Positions 12,118 through 26,053 of a DNA stretch of 64,000 nucleotides are shown here, piece by piece (within the stretch, counting starts at the first letter, position 1; every line of letters begins with the position of its first letter). The notes under the pieces are model-generated. The model made no database searches. It was not told the origin of the DNA and saw nothing but the letters and a program-made list of their open reading frames with translations. Origin of the DNA: Mustelus asterias (taxonomy: Eukaryota); assembly GCF_964213995.1 (NCBI RefSeq), contig NW_027590680.1:62001-126000 (forward strand), given 5' to 3'. The translations under genes were made by a program, and so were the position numbers.

Positions 12118-13359
12118 TGCTGTGCAGAGGGACAGGGGTGTCCTTGTGCAGGAATCTCAAAGAGTTGGTTTGCAGGTGCAACAGGTAATTAAGAAGGCAA
12201 ATGGAATTTTGTCCTTCATTGCGAGAGGGATGGAGTTTAAAAACAGCGAGATTATGTTGCATCTGTATAAGGTGCTGGTGAGGCCACACCTGGAGTACCG
12301 TGTACAGTTTTGGTCTCCTTACTTGAGAAAGGATATACTGGCACTGGAGGGGGTGCAGAGGAGATTCACGAGGTTGATTCTGGAGTTGAGAGGGTTGGCT
12401 TATGAGGAGAGACTGAGTAAATTGGGGCTATGCTCATTGGAATTCAGAAGAATGAGGGGAAATCTTATAGAAACATATAAGATTATGAAGGGAATAAATA
12501 AGATAGAAGCAGGGAAGTTGTTTCCACTGGCGGGTGAAACTAGAACTTGGGGGCATAACCTCAAAATAAGGGGAAGCAGATTTAGGACTGAGTTGAGGAG
12601 GAACTTCTTCACACAAAGAGTTGTGAATCTGTGGAATTCCCTGCCCCGTGAAGCAGTTGGGGCGACCTCATTGAATGTTTTTAAGGCAAGGATAGATAAA
12701 TTATTGAACAGTAAAGGAATTAAGGGCTATGGTGAGCGGGCGGGTAAGTGGAGCTGAGTCCACAAAAAGATCAGCCATGAGGGCTCGAGGGGCCAGATGG
12801 CCTACTCCTGCTCCTAGTTCTTATGTTCTTCCCACAGTTCCCACATTTCCATGGTATCTCCCTGTGACTGCAATTATGTTCCAAAAGGCCAGATGATTGG
12901 TTGAAGCTTTCACCACACCTGACTAAACCTCTGACTAACCTGACTAAAACTGAGGATGAAGTATTGGTGTCTGTAAGGGCTAAAACAATACCCTTGGTTT
13001 CCTTGTAGATCTGTGGCACCAAGTTCAAGACTCCTTCATGAATCATCCTCTTGGCCTCTTGCCTGTCAACTGTCCATGAGAATCTCATGTTTCAGAATGT
13101 TCACTGCTCATTCTTCCAAACCCAATGAGTATAGGTGCAACCTTTCCCCAAAAGACAACGAGTTGGATTCTGCGGCCTCACTTGCCCCAAAACTGGAGAA
13201 TTCCCCTCGAGGTCAAAGGACCTTTGTGTGGTCCACCCCCCGGCCTGCTACGATTCCTGTGGTGGGCGGGATGGGAGAATTCTCCCCTACACCTTCACAA
13301 CCTTTCCTCAAAAGACAACACCTTCATCTTAGGAATGGGCCGAGTGAACTTTCTCTGAA

Positions 13360-13795
13360 CTCATTCCAATGAAAACATGTCATTCCATAAGTAGGGAGAC
13401 CAAAACCGCACACAGTATTCCAGCTGCTCTCTCAGCAATGTCCTGTGTAGGTGCAGCAAGTTCCCTTTTTCAAACTCCACCCCTTGCAGTAAAGTCCAAC
13501 ACTCCATTTGCCTTCTTCTTTACTTGCTGTACCTTCATCCTATTTGTTCACGATTCATGTACAAGGACACCCAGATTCCTCTCTACGGCAGTATTCTTCA
13601 GTTTCTGTACATTTATAAATTGTTTGCTTCTCTATTCTTCCTGCCAAAGTGGAAAAGCTCCCACTTTCCCGCACTATACTCCATCTGCCATTTTTCTGTC
13701 CATTCAGGTAACTTATCTGTGTCCCTTACAGATTTTTTGTAATAACCTCACAACTTGCTTTTCTACCTATCTTTGTATCATCAATTCTGGCTTCA
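13360..13795 (-). mobile_element. Degenerate CR1 RT fragment
   Basis: Minus-strand translation INDLDE...DDTKIG and similarity to other CR1 copies in the window. Confidence 0.6.
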
Positions 13796-14835
13796 TCCAA
13801 GTCATTGATCAAGGTGGCTGTTTTTCTCTCTCTCAGTTGTGGGTGATATTTGTCCCTATTCTCCTGGAAACTGAATGAATCTTGTTCCAAACTGGGTTCA
13901 ATATCAGACATTTCAGGGAGTCAGGAATCATTCGCCCCTGAACCTACACTGGTAAAACCCCAGGCAGTTCCTCAGTAAGGAGTTTTCTGGTTCCTCACCA
14001 TATATTAGTCAGGATACTGAAACCCAGCTTTTTTACAGTCCACTCCTGGAGGTCCCACTCCCTGAGCCGACAAAATTCAGTAGTGTCAGTGCTGAAGTTT
14101 CACAGTGGGAGTGATTCCCAGAGTAACTGTCAATCATATCACCATTGATGTCCAGGTTTGTGTATTTTTAGTTATCCTGATGTCTAACACACACACATCA
14201 ATAAAACAGGGAATTCCTGCAAACAAACTGCAGCTTCTTCTCTATCTGGAGATCCAATGTTTGTTGAATAATTGTCCCAGTGGTTAACAGGCTCCTGTGA
14301 ACTCATCCAACTCGTATTTTAATACTGACTTTAACAAATATATTTTAAATAGGTTTATTTTAAATGAGTTAAAACCAGCCTTAAAATGGTATATATAGTA
14401 TAACAACCATAGTACTTTTCAGACTGGAAACTTTAACCTGCTGTTTCACTTTCATTTAGGAGCAGATCCCAGTTTTACACCAATCTCTGATTCATGTATC
14501 CAGCATTCACCGTCATTCTAAAAGCAGAAGTTGCTGCAAAATCTCAGTAAGTCTGACAGAATCTGTAAAGACAGGAACAGTTAATGTTTCCAGTTGAATG
14601 TGACTCTTCTTCAGTGTCAAAACATTAGTTCTGTTTCTCTCTCCAGAGATGCTGTCAGACCTGCTGAGTTTTTACAGCACTTCTTGTTTTTATTTACGAG
14701 TTCAGGACTCAGACGAGACAATCCACAATACAAATCTTACAACTGGGCCAGGGTTTATTAACATCAGCAGAAACAGACACCAATGAAAATGGTTGGGACC
14801 TCGATGAGATTAACAGCAAAATTCAGTCCTTGCAG

Positions 14836-15240
14836 TCACTCGTGAACATGATGGTGTTTCAGCAGGTGAGGTGACTGAGTGAATCCCTTCCCACACACGG
14901 AGCAGGTGAATGGCCTGTCCCCAGTGTGAATTCGCTGGTGCTTTACCAGGTTGGATGATTGACTGAATCCCTTGCCACAATCAGAGGAGGTGAATGGTCT
15001 CTCCCTGGTGTGAACTCGCTGGTGCCTCCGCAGGCTGGATGAATCAATAAATCCCTTCCCACAACTGGAGCAAGTGAATGGCCTCTCTCCAGTGTGACTT
15101 GGCTGGTGTTTTAGCAGGTTGAATGACTGAGTAAATCCCTTCCCACACTCGGAGCAGATAAATGGCCTCTCCCCATTATGAATTCTCTGGTGTTTCAGCA
15201 GGTCGGATGAATCAGTGAATCCCTTCCCACAATCAGAGCA
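14836..15240 (-). pseudogene. 5'-less ZNF fragment (5 fingers) abutting the 3' UTR of the next gene
   Basis: ORF 14836-15324; sharp junction at ~15241 with sequence matching the 3' UTR at 241-332. Confidence 0.7.
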
Positions 15241-15333
15241 TCCTCCCCATTGACCAACTGTGAGAATGAACAAAATGCAGTCCTGGATGTAATTGAGAGC
15301 AGAAACAATCACAGCAGAATCCAACCCCTGGAA

Positions 15334-16008
15334 TCACTTGTGAACTCGTTGGTGTCTCAGTAGGTCGGATGAAACTCTGAATCCCTTCCCACACTGAGAG
15401 CAGGTGAACGGCCTCTCCTCAGTGTGAACTCGGTGGTGCGTCCGCAGGTTGGATGACTGAGTGAATCCCTTCCCACACTGAGAGCAGGTGAACGGTTGCT
15501 CCCCAGTGTGAACTCGCTGATGTGCCCGCAGGTTGGATACCCGAGTGAATCCCTTCCCACACTGAGAGCAGCTGAATGGCCTCTCCCCCGTGTGAACTCG
15601 CTGGTGCCACCGCAGGTGGGATGAACAAGTGAATCCCTCCCCACACTGAGAGCAGGTGAATGGCCTCTCCCCCGTGTGAACTCGCTGGTGCCTCCGCAGG
15701 CTGGATGAACAAGTGAATCCCTTCCCACACTGAGAACAGGTGAACGGCCTCTCCCCAGTGAGAACTCGCTGGTGCCTCCGCAGGTCGGATGAAGAAGTGA
15801 ATCCCTCCCCACACTGAGAACACGTGAACGGCCTCTCCCCAGTGTGAACTCGCTGGTGTGTCTGCAGGTTGAATGACCGAGTGAATCCCTTCCCACACTG
15901 AGAACACGTGAATGGCCTCTCCCCAGTGTGGCTGCGCCGATGAACTTCCAGCTCAGACGGGTATCTGTATCTCTTCCCACAGTCTGCACATTTCCATGGT
16001 TTCTCCAT
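15334..16008 (-). CDS. C2H2 zinc-finger protein, 8 fingers
   Basis: ATG 16008 MEKPWKC..., uninterrupted ORF, acceptor at ~16290; segmental duplicate of 241-2990. Confidence 0.88.
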   Translation of the reverse strand: MEKPWKCADCGKRYRYPSELEVHRRSHTGERPFTCSQCGKGFTRSFNLQTHQRVHTGERPFTCSQCGEGFTSSSDLRRHQRVLTGERPFTCSQCGKGFTCSSSLRRHQRVHTGERPFTCSQCGEGFTCSSHLRWHQRVHTGERPFSCSQCGKGFTRVSNLRAHQRVHTGEQPFTCSQCGKGFTQSSNLRTHHRVHTEERPFTCSQCGKGFRVSSDLLRHQRVHK

Positions 16009-17889
16009 GGTGCAGGTGTCCTTGCCTCTCGGTTGGGTGGACAATCAGTTGAAGCCTCATCCACACACAGAACACGGGTACAGTCTCTCCCTGCTGTGAA
16101 TGATGTGATATTTATTCAGGCTGTGTAACTGGTCACACTGATGTTTGTAATCTTTTCAAATCAACAAACTGGACAATCATTTCTCCTTCTAGATTCAAAG
16201 GCCGATGATATTCAGCTCCCAAGGAATATGACTCTGTCAGATCCAGATGTGACGTTTGAGATTTCGGCCTGTGATTCCTCTTTCAATATCCTGTAAAACG
16301 AGTTTACAAAAGTCATCAGTGTCAGTACAGGATAGAAATTCAGAACAGACAATTCTAGTTTCTATGGAACATTCTTTCCTCTCCCATTCCTCAAAAGCTG
16401 TAAATCTCCATCCCACACACTCTCCCTCCATTCTCACTCTGCTGTATCTAATATTCACCCTCCCAATTCTCCTGAAGGTGCTGATTGAGGCTGATTGACA
16501 GATCCATGCTCACTGCTTCCTGTCCTGGACACAAATAGGAGCTGCAGTCGGCCATTTGGCTCATCGAGTCTTTTAAACTATTCAATGAGATAATTCTTTC
16601 ATCTACCTCAGCATCATTCTCCCCACACTAAACCCATATCCCTTGATATCCTCAATATCTAGAAACCAATCAATCTCTCTCTTGAAAATAGTTGATGACT
16701 GAGGCTTCCCTGTCCTCAGGGGTTGAGAATTCCAAATCTTCACCAGATCCTTGAGTGAAGAAATCCCCCCACATCTTAGCTTTTGCTCCATCTTCTTGCC
16801 TGTTCCCCATAACTCTTGACACCCTTGTCAGTCAAAGATCTGTCTAACTGGAATATATTCAATGATCCTCAGCCTCCACTGGTCCCTGTAGAAGAGAAAT
16901 CCAAAAGACTAACAACCCTCTGAGGGAAGAGATGTCTGGAAATATATAACGTAGCTACAGTTCCATATTACAAGATATTCAGATCCCAAGGAATATGACT
17001 CTTTCTAGATGTGACGGTTGAGATTTTTGCCTGTGATTCCTCGTTCAAAATCCTGTGAAATGAGTTTGCAAAAGTCATCACAGTCAGTATAGGATAGAAA
17101 TTCAGAGCAGACAATTCTAGTTTCTATGGAACATTCTTTCCTATTTCATTCCCAAAAAGTTGTAAATCTCCATCCATTTCTATGGATTCTATTTACAAAT
17201 GAAAGTGGATGGGCACTTGAAGGAAATAAACTTTCAGAAGAATGGGGATATAGAGTGGGAATGGGACTGGAATGTTATACAGAGAGTCAGCATGGACTCG
17301 AGTTACCAAATGGATTCCTTCTGTGCTGTAATGACTTTATGACTGGAAATGTATAACATCGCTACAGTATTATATTACAATGCAAGAAATAATAATAAAT
17401 ATATTTTATACAGAAACATAAATAATATATCTAATCTGGGTACCATATAATAACACGAGACATATCTCTGTCCTCTATTAATTTACTGTCCCCTTAAATG
17501 TCAGCCATCTCCTGCCCTTTAATTGTGAACATTTGGAAAGAGACCATCCTTTTAGACAGAAAGAAGATTAACATTTCAGGGTGGGCAGAATGAATTACAG
17601 GGAATAAAAATGTACCAGATTTTGTTGGTCAATATAAGCTCAGAAGTGGAAGGGAAATGATCTCCAGTGGAAGAGAAACAATTCCTGAACATTGTGAGAC
17701 TAAGCTGGTAAATCAGCAGTGAACAGAGTTGTGAAGTGGTAAAAACCTCATCAAGACATAGCTTGCGGAAATAATAGTTAAAATACACCCATTATTAGAG
17801 GCAGAGGAAGGTAGACAATGGCAGAGAGCTGATCAGGGAGGGCAGAGGTGAAACAGAGAAATGGATGGCCGTTTAAAAATCCATAAAAA

Positions 17890-18990
17890 GCATGGTTAGC
17901 AAGTTTGCAGACGATACTAAATTAGGAGGTATCACTGATAACAAAGAGGGTTATGAAAAATTACAGGGGGATCTTGATCAGTTAGGGAAGTGGGCCGATG
18001 ATTGGCAAATGGATTTCAGTACAGATAATACAGAGTACAGAGGCACAACCTCAGGCTAAAGGACGATCCTTTAAAACAGAGATAAAGAGGAATTTCTTCA
18101 GCCAGAGAGTGGTGAATTTATGGAACTCTTTGCCACAGAAGGCTGTGGAGGCCGGGTCATTGACTGTCTTTAAGACAGAGATATATAGGTTCTTGATTAA
18201 TAAGGGGATCAGGGGTTATGGGAAAAAGGCAGGAGAATGGGGATGAGAAAAATATCAGACATGATTGAATGGCGGAGCAGACTCAATGGGCCGAGTGGCC
18301 TAATTCTGCTCCTATGTCTTCTGGTCTTAAGTGTGAATGTTGCATTTTGGAAAGTGAAATCAGGGTAGAACTTATAAAGTGAATGGTAAGGCCCTGGGGA
18401 GTGTTGAGGAACAGAGGAACCCAGGAGTACAAGTATATAGTTTGTTGAAAGTGGCGTCACAGGTAGACAGAGTGGTGAAGAAGGCATTTAGCACACTGGC
18501 CTTCATCAGTCAGGGCACTGAGTATAGGAGTTAGGACATTCTGTTATAGTTGTATGAGTCGTTGGTGAGGCTGCACTTGGAGTATTGTGGACAGTTTTTG
18601 TAACCCTGTTATAGGAAAGACATTGATAAACTGGAATGAGTGCAAAGAAGATTTATGAGGATGTTGCCGGGACTAATGGGTCTGAGTGATCACGAGACGT
18701 TGGACAGGCTAGGGTTGTATCCCTGCGAACGTAGGAGAATGTAAGGCTTTGTTTTCCAAGAGGGTGGCATTACACCCTGTGTGAAAACATTGCCCCTCTG
18801 GACACTTTGTATCTCTCCCCTCTCACCTTAAACCTGTGCCCTCTAGTTTTAGACTCCCCTACCTTTGGGAAAATATATTTACTATCTTGCTGATCTGTGC
18901 CCCTCAGTATTTTATAGACCTCTATAAGATCACCCCTCAGTCTCCTATGCTCCAGAGAAAAAAAGTCCCAGTCTATCCAGCCTCTCCAAA
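17890..18990. mobile_element. Several nested CR1 fragments (17890-18770 plus strand, 18775-18990 minus strand)
   Basis: agcaagtttgcagacgatact (SKFADDT), RNFFSQRVVNLWNSLP, LEHRRLRGDLIEVYK. Confidence 0.75.
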
Positions 18991-19079
18991 GTAGACATGA
19001 TCTTATTGAATGATGCAGCAGGCTCGATGGGCCGAATGACGGGCTCCTGTCCCGAATTCTGATGTTCTTCTTCCGATGG

Positions 19080-19475
19080 TCTTGGATAGTTGCGCATGCG
19101 CCCTGCAACATATTGTCCCTCTGAAGATAGTGGTTCTGAACCAGCCCCCTGAAACCACGCCCATTATGACCAGCCCGAGAGCATGCGCTCTCCTTCCCCG
19201 CTGGAACAAGATGGCGGCCGAAAACCGGGGCCTGTTCTCGGGGAAAAAAACCCGGGAGCTGCAAACCCGGAACCCGCATGGTCTTATTCGCGCCTTGCGA
19301 CCTGGAGCGGGTATTTGTGAAGCCTCCGCTCCCTCCCCACCCCGACTCCATTCCTCCCTCCGCCACACTGACTCTCACCCGCTGAAAAAAACGTCCGCCG
19401 CACTCGCAGGGCTCCAGGCAGTACGCATGCTCCAGATACAGCACTGCACCTGCGCAATAGGCTGCTGTGGAATGA
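19080..19475. promoter_or_regulatory. CpG-island promoter, possibly bidirectional
   Basis: gcgcatgcgc NRF1-like sites at ~19092 and ~19180; YY1-type caagatggcggc at ~19208; probable exon 1 for the minus-strand ZNF at 15334-16008. Confidence 0.6.
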
Positions 19476-20298
19476 ACAGGACACTTTTACACCCGCGGGG
19501 GCACCTGGGAATTAACGGCGCCATTGTCAATCAAAGACATAATGGAAAACTATCTTGTGCAATTGAGATTAATTAATTTTTAAAAATACATTCCTCTGAA
19601 TTTGTGATGAATTGGCCTGTGTACTAAGCAGATATTAAGGTTCCATTTAAAATTAAAAGAAAAGATGCTGATAAAACGCAGCAGGATTGAGAGAGAACCC
19701 ACAGAGGCAAGTTATGAATAGAGTTCAGATTGAAGCAACAATAAAAAAACGCACACGGGGGGCCAGGAACTGAGTTCTGCATCCAACAGACAGCCTGAAT
19801 CATGCCAGCTCCTAACTGTGTTTCTAAACTCGAACCTATAAAACAATAACACAGAAACAAAACTCTGTAGAGACTGTTTCTGGGACAAAGAAAATAAATA
19901 CTGGAGATATTCATCAGGCCAGGCAGCCTGTGAGAGTCACAAACAGAATTGAGGGTTCAGGTTGCTGACCTTCCCTCAGTCTGCAATTAAATATGTATAG
20001 TCAGTCACTGACTAATGGCGGTCACAATTCCCACAATGCTCTGCACCTCAGAAACCCCTCCATTCAAAGGTTGGTCACCGCAATTCACAAATCATAGAAT
20101 CCTGACTGTGCAGAAAGAGGCCATTCGATCCATCGAGTCTGTACTGACTCTACGACAGAGCATCTTTCCCAGGCACACCCCCATCCCCGTAAACCTACGC
20201 ATTTACCCTGCTGATCCTCCTCCTGATCTTTTTCTTCACCCTGCCTGCAACGGCAACAATATACTCTGCACCCTACTCTTTTCCTTTCCCCCTATGTA

Positions 20299-21328
20299 CA
20301 TAGAACATAGAACAGTACAGCACAGAACAGGCCCTTTGGCCCACGATGTTGTGCCAAGCTTTACCTGAAACCAAGATCAAGCTATCCCACTCCCTATCAT
20401 CCTGGTGTGCTCCATGTGCCTATCCAATAACCGCTTAAATGTTCCTAAAGTGTCTGACTCCACTATCACTGCAGGCAGTCCATTCCACACCCCAACCACT
20501 CTCTGCGTAAAGAACCTACCTCTGATATCCTTCCTATATCTCCCACCATGAACCCTATAGTTATGCCCCCTTGTAATAGCTCCATCCACCCGAGGAAATA
20601 GTCTTTGAACGTTCACTCTATCTATCCCCTTCATCATTTTATAAACCTCTATTAAGTCTCCCCTCAGCCTCCTCCGCTCCAGAGAGAACAGCCCTAACTC
20701 CCTCAACCTTTCCTCATAAGACCTACCCTCCAAACCAGGCAGCATCCTGGTAAATCTCCTCTGCACTCTTTCCAGCGCTTCCACATCCTTCTTATAGTGA
20801 GGTGACCAGAACTGCACACAATATTCCAAATGCGGTCTGACCAAAGTCCTGTACAGTTGTAGCATAACCCCACGGCTCTTAAACTCCAACCCCCTGTTAA
20901 TAAAAGCTAACACACGATAGGCCTTCTTCACAGCTCTATCCACTTGAGTGGCAACCTTCAGAGATCTGTGGATATGGACCCCAAGATCTCTCTGTTCCTC
21001 CACAGTCTTCAGAGCCCTGCCTTTGACCCTGTAATCCACATTTAAATTAGTCCTACCAAAATGAATCACCTCACATTTATCAGGGTTAAACTCCATTTGC
21101 CATTTTTCAGCCCAGCTTTGCATCCTATCTATGTCTCTTTGCAGCCTACAACAGCCCTCCACCTCATCCACTACTCCACCAATCTTGGTGTCATCTGCAA
21201 ATTTACTGATCCACCCTTGAGCCCCCTCCTCTAAGTCATTAATAAAAATCACAAAGAGCAGAGACCAAGCATTGATCCCTGTGGCACTCCACGAGCAACC
21301 TGCCTCCAGTCCAAAAATGTTCCATCCA
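20299..21328 (-). mobile_element. 5'-truncated CR1 LINE
   Basis: 291-aa ORF 20377-21252 with KFADDTK; catagaa tail repeats. Confidence 0.92.
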
Positions 21329-21723
21329 TGGGCTCTATCAATTTAGTTTTTTTCTGTATAGCACGCAAGAAATAATACTTTTCACTGTATCCCAGAACAT
21401 GCAAACAATAATAAATCAAATTAGACACTGCATATCTTGGGACACCAAGGACAAATTTACCTAACCTGCATATCTTTGGGCTATGAGAGAAACCCAGAGC
21501 ACCCGGAGGAAATGCCACAGATAGAGGGAGATTGTGCAAACTCCACACATGAGGTTGAGATGCCAGCGCTGAACTGGGGTGAGGTTTATTTGGAACCACA
21601 AGCTTTCAGAACGCTGATGAAGGAGCAGTGCTCTAAAAGCTCGTGATTCCAAAAAACCAAAAGAGAAAATGCTGGAAAACCTCAGCAGATTTGGCAACAT
21701 CTGTAAGGAGAGAAAAGAGCTGA

Positions 21724-23820
21724 GAAAACAGACAGGGAAATGTACAGAAGAAGTGTGGCAAATTTTCAAGGAATATTTGTCTGGAGCTCTACACAGCAAT
21801 GTTCCAATGAGACAGGGGAGTTATGGTAGGTCACAGGAACCATGGTGCATGAAAGCTGTAACGAATTTAGTCAAGAAGAAAAGAAAAGCCTACAAAAGGT
21901 TCAGGGAGCTAGGTAATGTTAGAAATCTAGAAGAGTATACGACTAGTAGGAAGGAACTTAAGAGGGAAATTAGAAGAGCAAGAAGGGGTCATGAAAAGGC
22001 CTTGGCAGACAGGATAAAGGAAAACCCCAAGGCATTCTACAAGTATGTTAAGAGCAAGAGGATAAGATGTGAAGGAATAGGACCTATCAAATGTGATGGT
22101 GGAAAAGTCTGTATAGAACCAGGAGAAATGGCCGAGGTACTCAATGATTACTTTGCTTCAGTATTCACAGTCGAAAAGGATCTTGGTAGTTGCAGTGCAG
22201 ACTTGCAGTGGACTGAGAAGATTGAGCATGTGGATATTAGGAAAGAGGATGTGTTGGAGCTTTTGAAAAGCATCAAGTTAGATAAATCGCCGGGACCGGA
22301 TGGGATGTACCCCAGGTTACTGTGGGAGGCGAGGGAAGAGATTGCTGAGCCTCTGGCGATGATCTTTGCATCATCAATGGAGATGGGAGAGGTTCCGGAG
22401 GATTGCGGATGTGGTTCCGTTATTCAAGAAAGGGAGAAGAGATAGCCTGGGAAATTATAGACTGGCGAGTCTAACTCAGTGGTTGGTAAGTTGATGGAGA
22501 AGATCCTGAAAGGCAGGATTTATGAACATCTGGAGAGGAACAGTATGATCAGAAATAGCCAGCACGGCTTTGTCCAAGGCACATCATGCCTTACAAGCCT
22601 AATTGAATTTTTTGAAGATGTAACTGGACACATTGACAAGGGAAGAGCAGTAGATGTAGTTTATATGGATTTCAGCAAGGTGTTTGAAAAGGTGCCCATG
22701 CAAGGCTCATTGAGAAAGTGAAGGGGCATGGGATACAAGGGGACATTGCTTCGTGGATTCAGAACTGGCTTGCCCACAGAAGGCAAAGAGTGGTTGTAGA
22801 TGGGTCTTTTTCAGCATGGAGGTCGGTCACCAGTGGAGTGCCCCAGGGATCTGTTCTGGGACCCTTGCTCTTTGTGATTTTTATAAATGACCTGGATGAG
22901 GAAGTGGAAGGATGGGTTGGCAAGTTTGCTGATGACACAAAGGTTGGTGGGGTTGTGGATAGTGTAGAGGGATGCCAGCAGTTGCAATGAGACATAGATA
23001 AGATGCAAGACTGGGCAGAGAAGTGGCAGATGGACTTCAACCCAGATAAGTGTGTGGTGGTTCATTTTGGCAGGTCAAATAGGATTAAATAATATAATAT
23101 TAAGGGTAAGACGCTTGGCAGTGTGGAAGATCAGAAGGATCTTGGGGTCTGGGTTCATTGGATGCTCAAAGCAGTGTCGCAGGTAGAGGCTGTGGTTAAG
23201 AAGGCGTACGAAATACTGGCCTTCATCAATAGAGGAATTGAGTTTAGAAATCGGGAGATAATGCTGCAGCTGTATAGGACCCTGGTCAGACCCCACCTGG
23301 AGTACTGTGCCCAGTTCTGGTCACCTCATTACAGAAAGGCTGTAGAAGCCATTGAAAGGGTGCAAAGGAGATTTACAAGGATGTTGCCTGGATTCGGTGG
23401 CATGCCTTATGAGGATAGGTTGAGAGAACTAGGTCTTTTCTCCTTGGAGAAGCGAAGGATGAGAGGTGACCTGATAGAGGTGTATAAGATGTTGAGGTGT
23501 ATTGATAGAGTGGATTCTCAGAGGCTTTTACCCAGGGTTGAAATGGTTGCCACGAGAGCTCACAGTTTTAGGGTGCTGGGGAGTAGGTACAGAGGAGATG
23601 TTAGGCGTAAGTTTTTCACTCAGAGGGTGGTGGGTGCGTGAAATCTGCTGCCGGTAGTGGTGGTGGAGGTGGATTCGATAGGGTCTTTTAAGAGACTTTT
23701 GGATAAGTTCATGGAAGTTAGTAAGATAGAGGATTATAGGTAAGCCTAGTAGGTAGGGACATGTTCGGCGCAACTTGTGGGCCGAAGGGCCTGTTTGTGC
23801 TGTAGCTTTTCTATGTTCTA
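21724..23820 (+). mobile_element. Frameshifted CR1 LINE inserted into a Penelope family-2 foldback (halves at 21655-21723 and 23821-23980)
   Basis: ORFs 21669-22445, 22479-22721, 22718-22990, 23123-23641 cover linker and RT; ttctatgttcta tail. Confidence 0.9.
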
Positions 23821-24693
23821 TTTCGAGTCCAGATGACCCTTTCTCAAAGCTTTGACAAAGCGTCATCTGGACTCAAAGCATCAGCTCTTTTCTCTCCTTA
23901 CAGATCCTGCCATATCTGCTGAGATTTTCCAGCAATTTCTCTTTTTGTTTCAAATCCCAGCAGCCGCAGTAATTTGCTTTGATTCCAAATAAACGTATTG
24001 GAATTTACCCTGGTGTTCTGAGACTTCTTACTGTGCAAACTCCACACAGACAGTCACCCACCGCTGGAATCGAACCCAGACTCAATGAGGCAGCAGTGCT
24101 AACCACTGTGCCACAGTGAAGGTAGTTTGCCGCAAATTTCGGGTGATAACAATGGGCTGGATGTTGCTCAGAATGTGGAGCACTGCAGCAAAGTACAGAG
24201 AGACAGAGACGGAGCAGCAAACTGGACTGAGAAATGGAGTCTGTAGACTGGAACTGGCAGCATGAGGTGAGGTTATTTAGTCTAACACTCACAGCAATCT
24301 ACAACCCACTCCCATTACCGAGACAGTGAGACAGAGATTACAAACACTCACCAACACAGCTCCACTGAAACGTCCCAGGAAAAAGAGGGAATCTGTGGCA
24401 GTTCCTGTCCTGATATAGCCCCAGGGCTGTCACTCAAACCCCCCACCCCGGCCCAGTTCACAGCTCAGCCTCTCAGCTTGCAGCTTCCTGCACCTTGAGC
24501 CAACCCTGCCCAGGTGTGGGAGGGTCTGTGGAACCACAGAGTGGGGGAGGGGTGACCTCCTGCTGTGCCCCAAATAGTTTCTCCTTCCCCTCCCCCTTGG
24601 CGCTCTCAGCTCTCAATGTGGGTGTGTTGATGCAGTAAGAAGTTTAACAACACCAGGTTAAAGTCCAACAGGTTTATTTGGTAGCAAAAGCCA

Positions 24694-24730
24694 CACAAGC
24701 TTTCGGAGCTCTAAGCCCCTTCTTCAGATG
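24694..24730 (-). ncRNA. Minimal hammerhead ribozyme motif in a Penelope end
   Basis: Minus strand: cat-CUGAAGA-a-ggggc ttaga gctcc-GAAA-gcUU|gtg. Confidence 0.7.
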
Positions 24731-25734
24731 TCTGTGTCGATATGCGCGATCTTCTTGGCGATCCTCTCCACTTGGAGCCGGCAGTTTGCGGTGTCGATGG
24801 TAGTCATGATGTGGAGATGCCGGCGTTGGACTGGGGTAAACACAGGTGTGTTGAGGTACATTGCAGAGCCTCACTGAGCTGCGCCTGTCCCTTATCCTGG
24901 GTCACCCCCTCCCCCTGGGTTCAGTGTGTTCAGTTCGCTGCTTCTTTCCCTGCTGAACCTTCAGTTAATCAAAAACAGAAAGTCATGGAAAACCTCAGCA
25001 GGTCTGATCACATCTGTGATCATCCAGACTGGAAACATTAACTCCATTCTCTCTCCACAGATGCTGTCAGACCTGCTGAGATTTTCCAGCATTTTCTGTT
25101 TATGTTTCAGATTCCAGCATCCGCAGTATTTTGCTTTTATCTTCATTTAAACACGCATTCTTTGATGGCCTTTACCCTCCGTGCTCCTTTCCAGAGCTTT
25201 CCACCTTCTGCTATTGTCCCTGACTCCCACATTAACCCTGTCATTCCTCCCCTTTACCCCGCTCACCCTGTCTGAAGTCAGGCTCAGAGTTTTCCCGCCA
25301 TCTCCCCCTCCCCCAGCCTCCACATCCCAACACCCGGAATCTCTAACCCAGCGGTTCCAGTTTGTCTGGTTTGAGTTCAGATTTGCCGCAGCACCGACAG
25401 GATTTCACTTCAAACCAGCCGGAACTGACTGCTCACAAATCCCTAAATGTTTCTCCAGCAGCCCGGGCTTGTTAATGTTGTTTAAAGTCAGCGCCCAAAT
25501 GCAGTTACTCTCCTCAGTTTAAAAAACTTCTCCATTTAATCTAAGGTATTATTCGCGCCAGACACAAATATAAAACAGTGAACTTTATCCCCCCACCCTG
25601 ACCCGAGCTGGGGTCTCCCGAGGAAGAGACATCTATTCCCGGTGTGACAATTCTTACACATTCTCTGTGACATAAAACAGAAAACGCTGGAAATACTCAT
25701 GAATGAAAGCAAATTGTTGCTTTTGTCAAGAGAG

Positions 25735-26053
25735 TCATAGAAACCCTCCAGGTCAGAAGGAGGCCATTCGGCCCATCGAGTCTGCACCGACCACAATCCC
25801 ACCCAGGCCCTACCCCCACATATTTACCCGCTAATCCCTCGAACACATTTTAGGATTCTAAGGGGCAATTTTTAACCTGGCCAATCAACCTAACCCGCAC
25901 ATCTTTGGACTGTGGGAGGAAACCGGAGCACCCGGAGGGGACCCACGCAGACAATGTGCAAACTCCACACAGACAGTGACCCGAGCCGGGAATCGAACCC
26001 GAGACCCTCGAGCTGTGAAGCAGCAGTGCGAACCACTGCGCTACCGTGCCGCC
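25735..26053 (-). mobile_element. HE1-type SINE
   Basis: ggcggcacggtagcgcagtggttcgcactgctgcttcacag head on the minus strand. Confidence 0.85.

Larger units (their letters stand above)
10560..12828 (+). mobile_element. Frameshifted CR1 LINE interrupted by a Penelope insertion
   Basis: RT pieces at 10864-11275 and 12122-12757 ([15 protein letters not shown], ...GERAGKWS). Confidence 0.88.
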
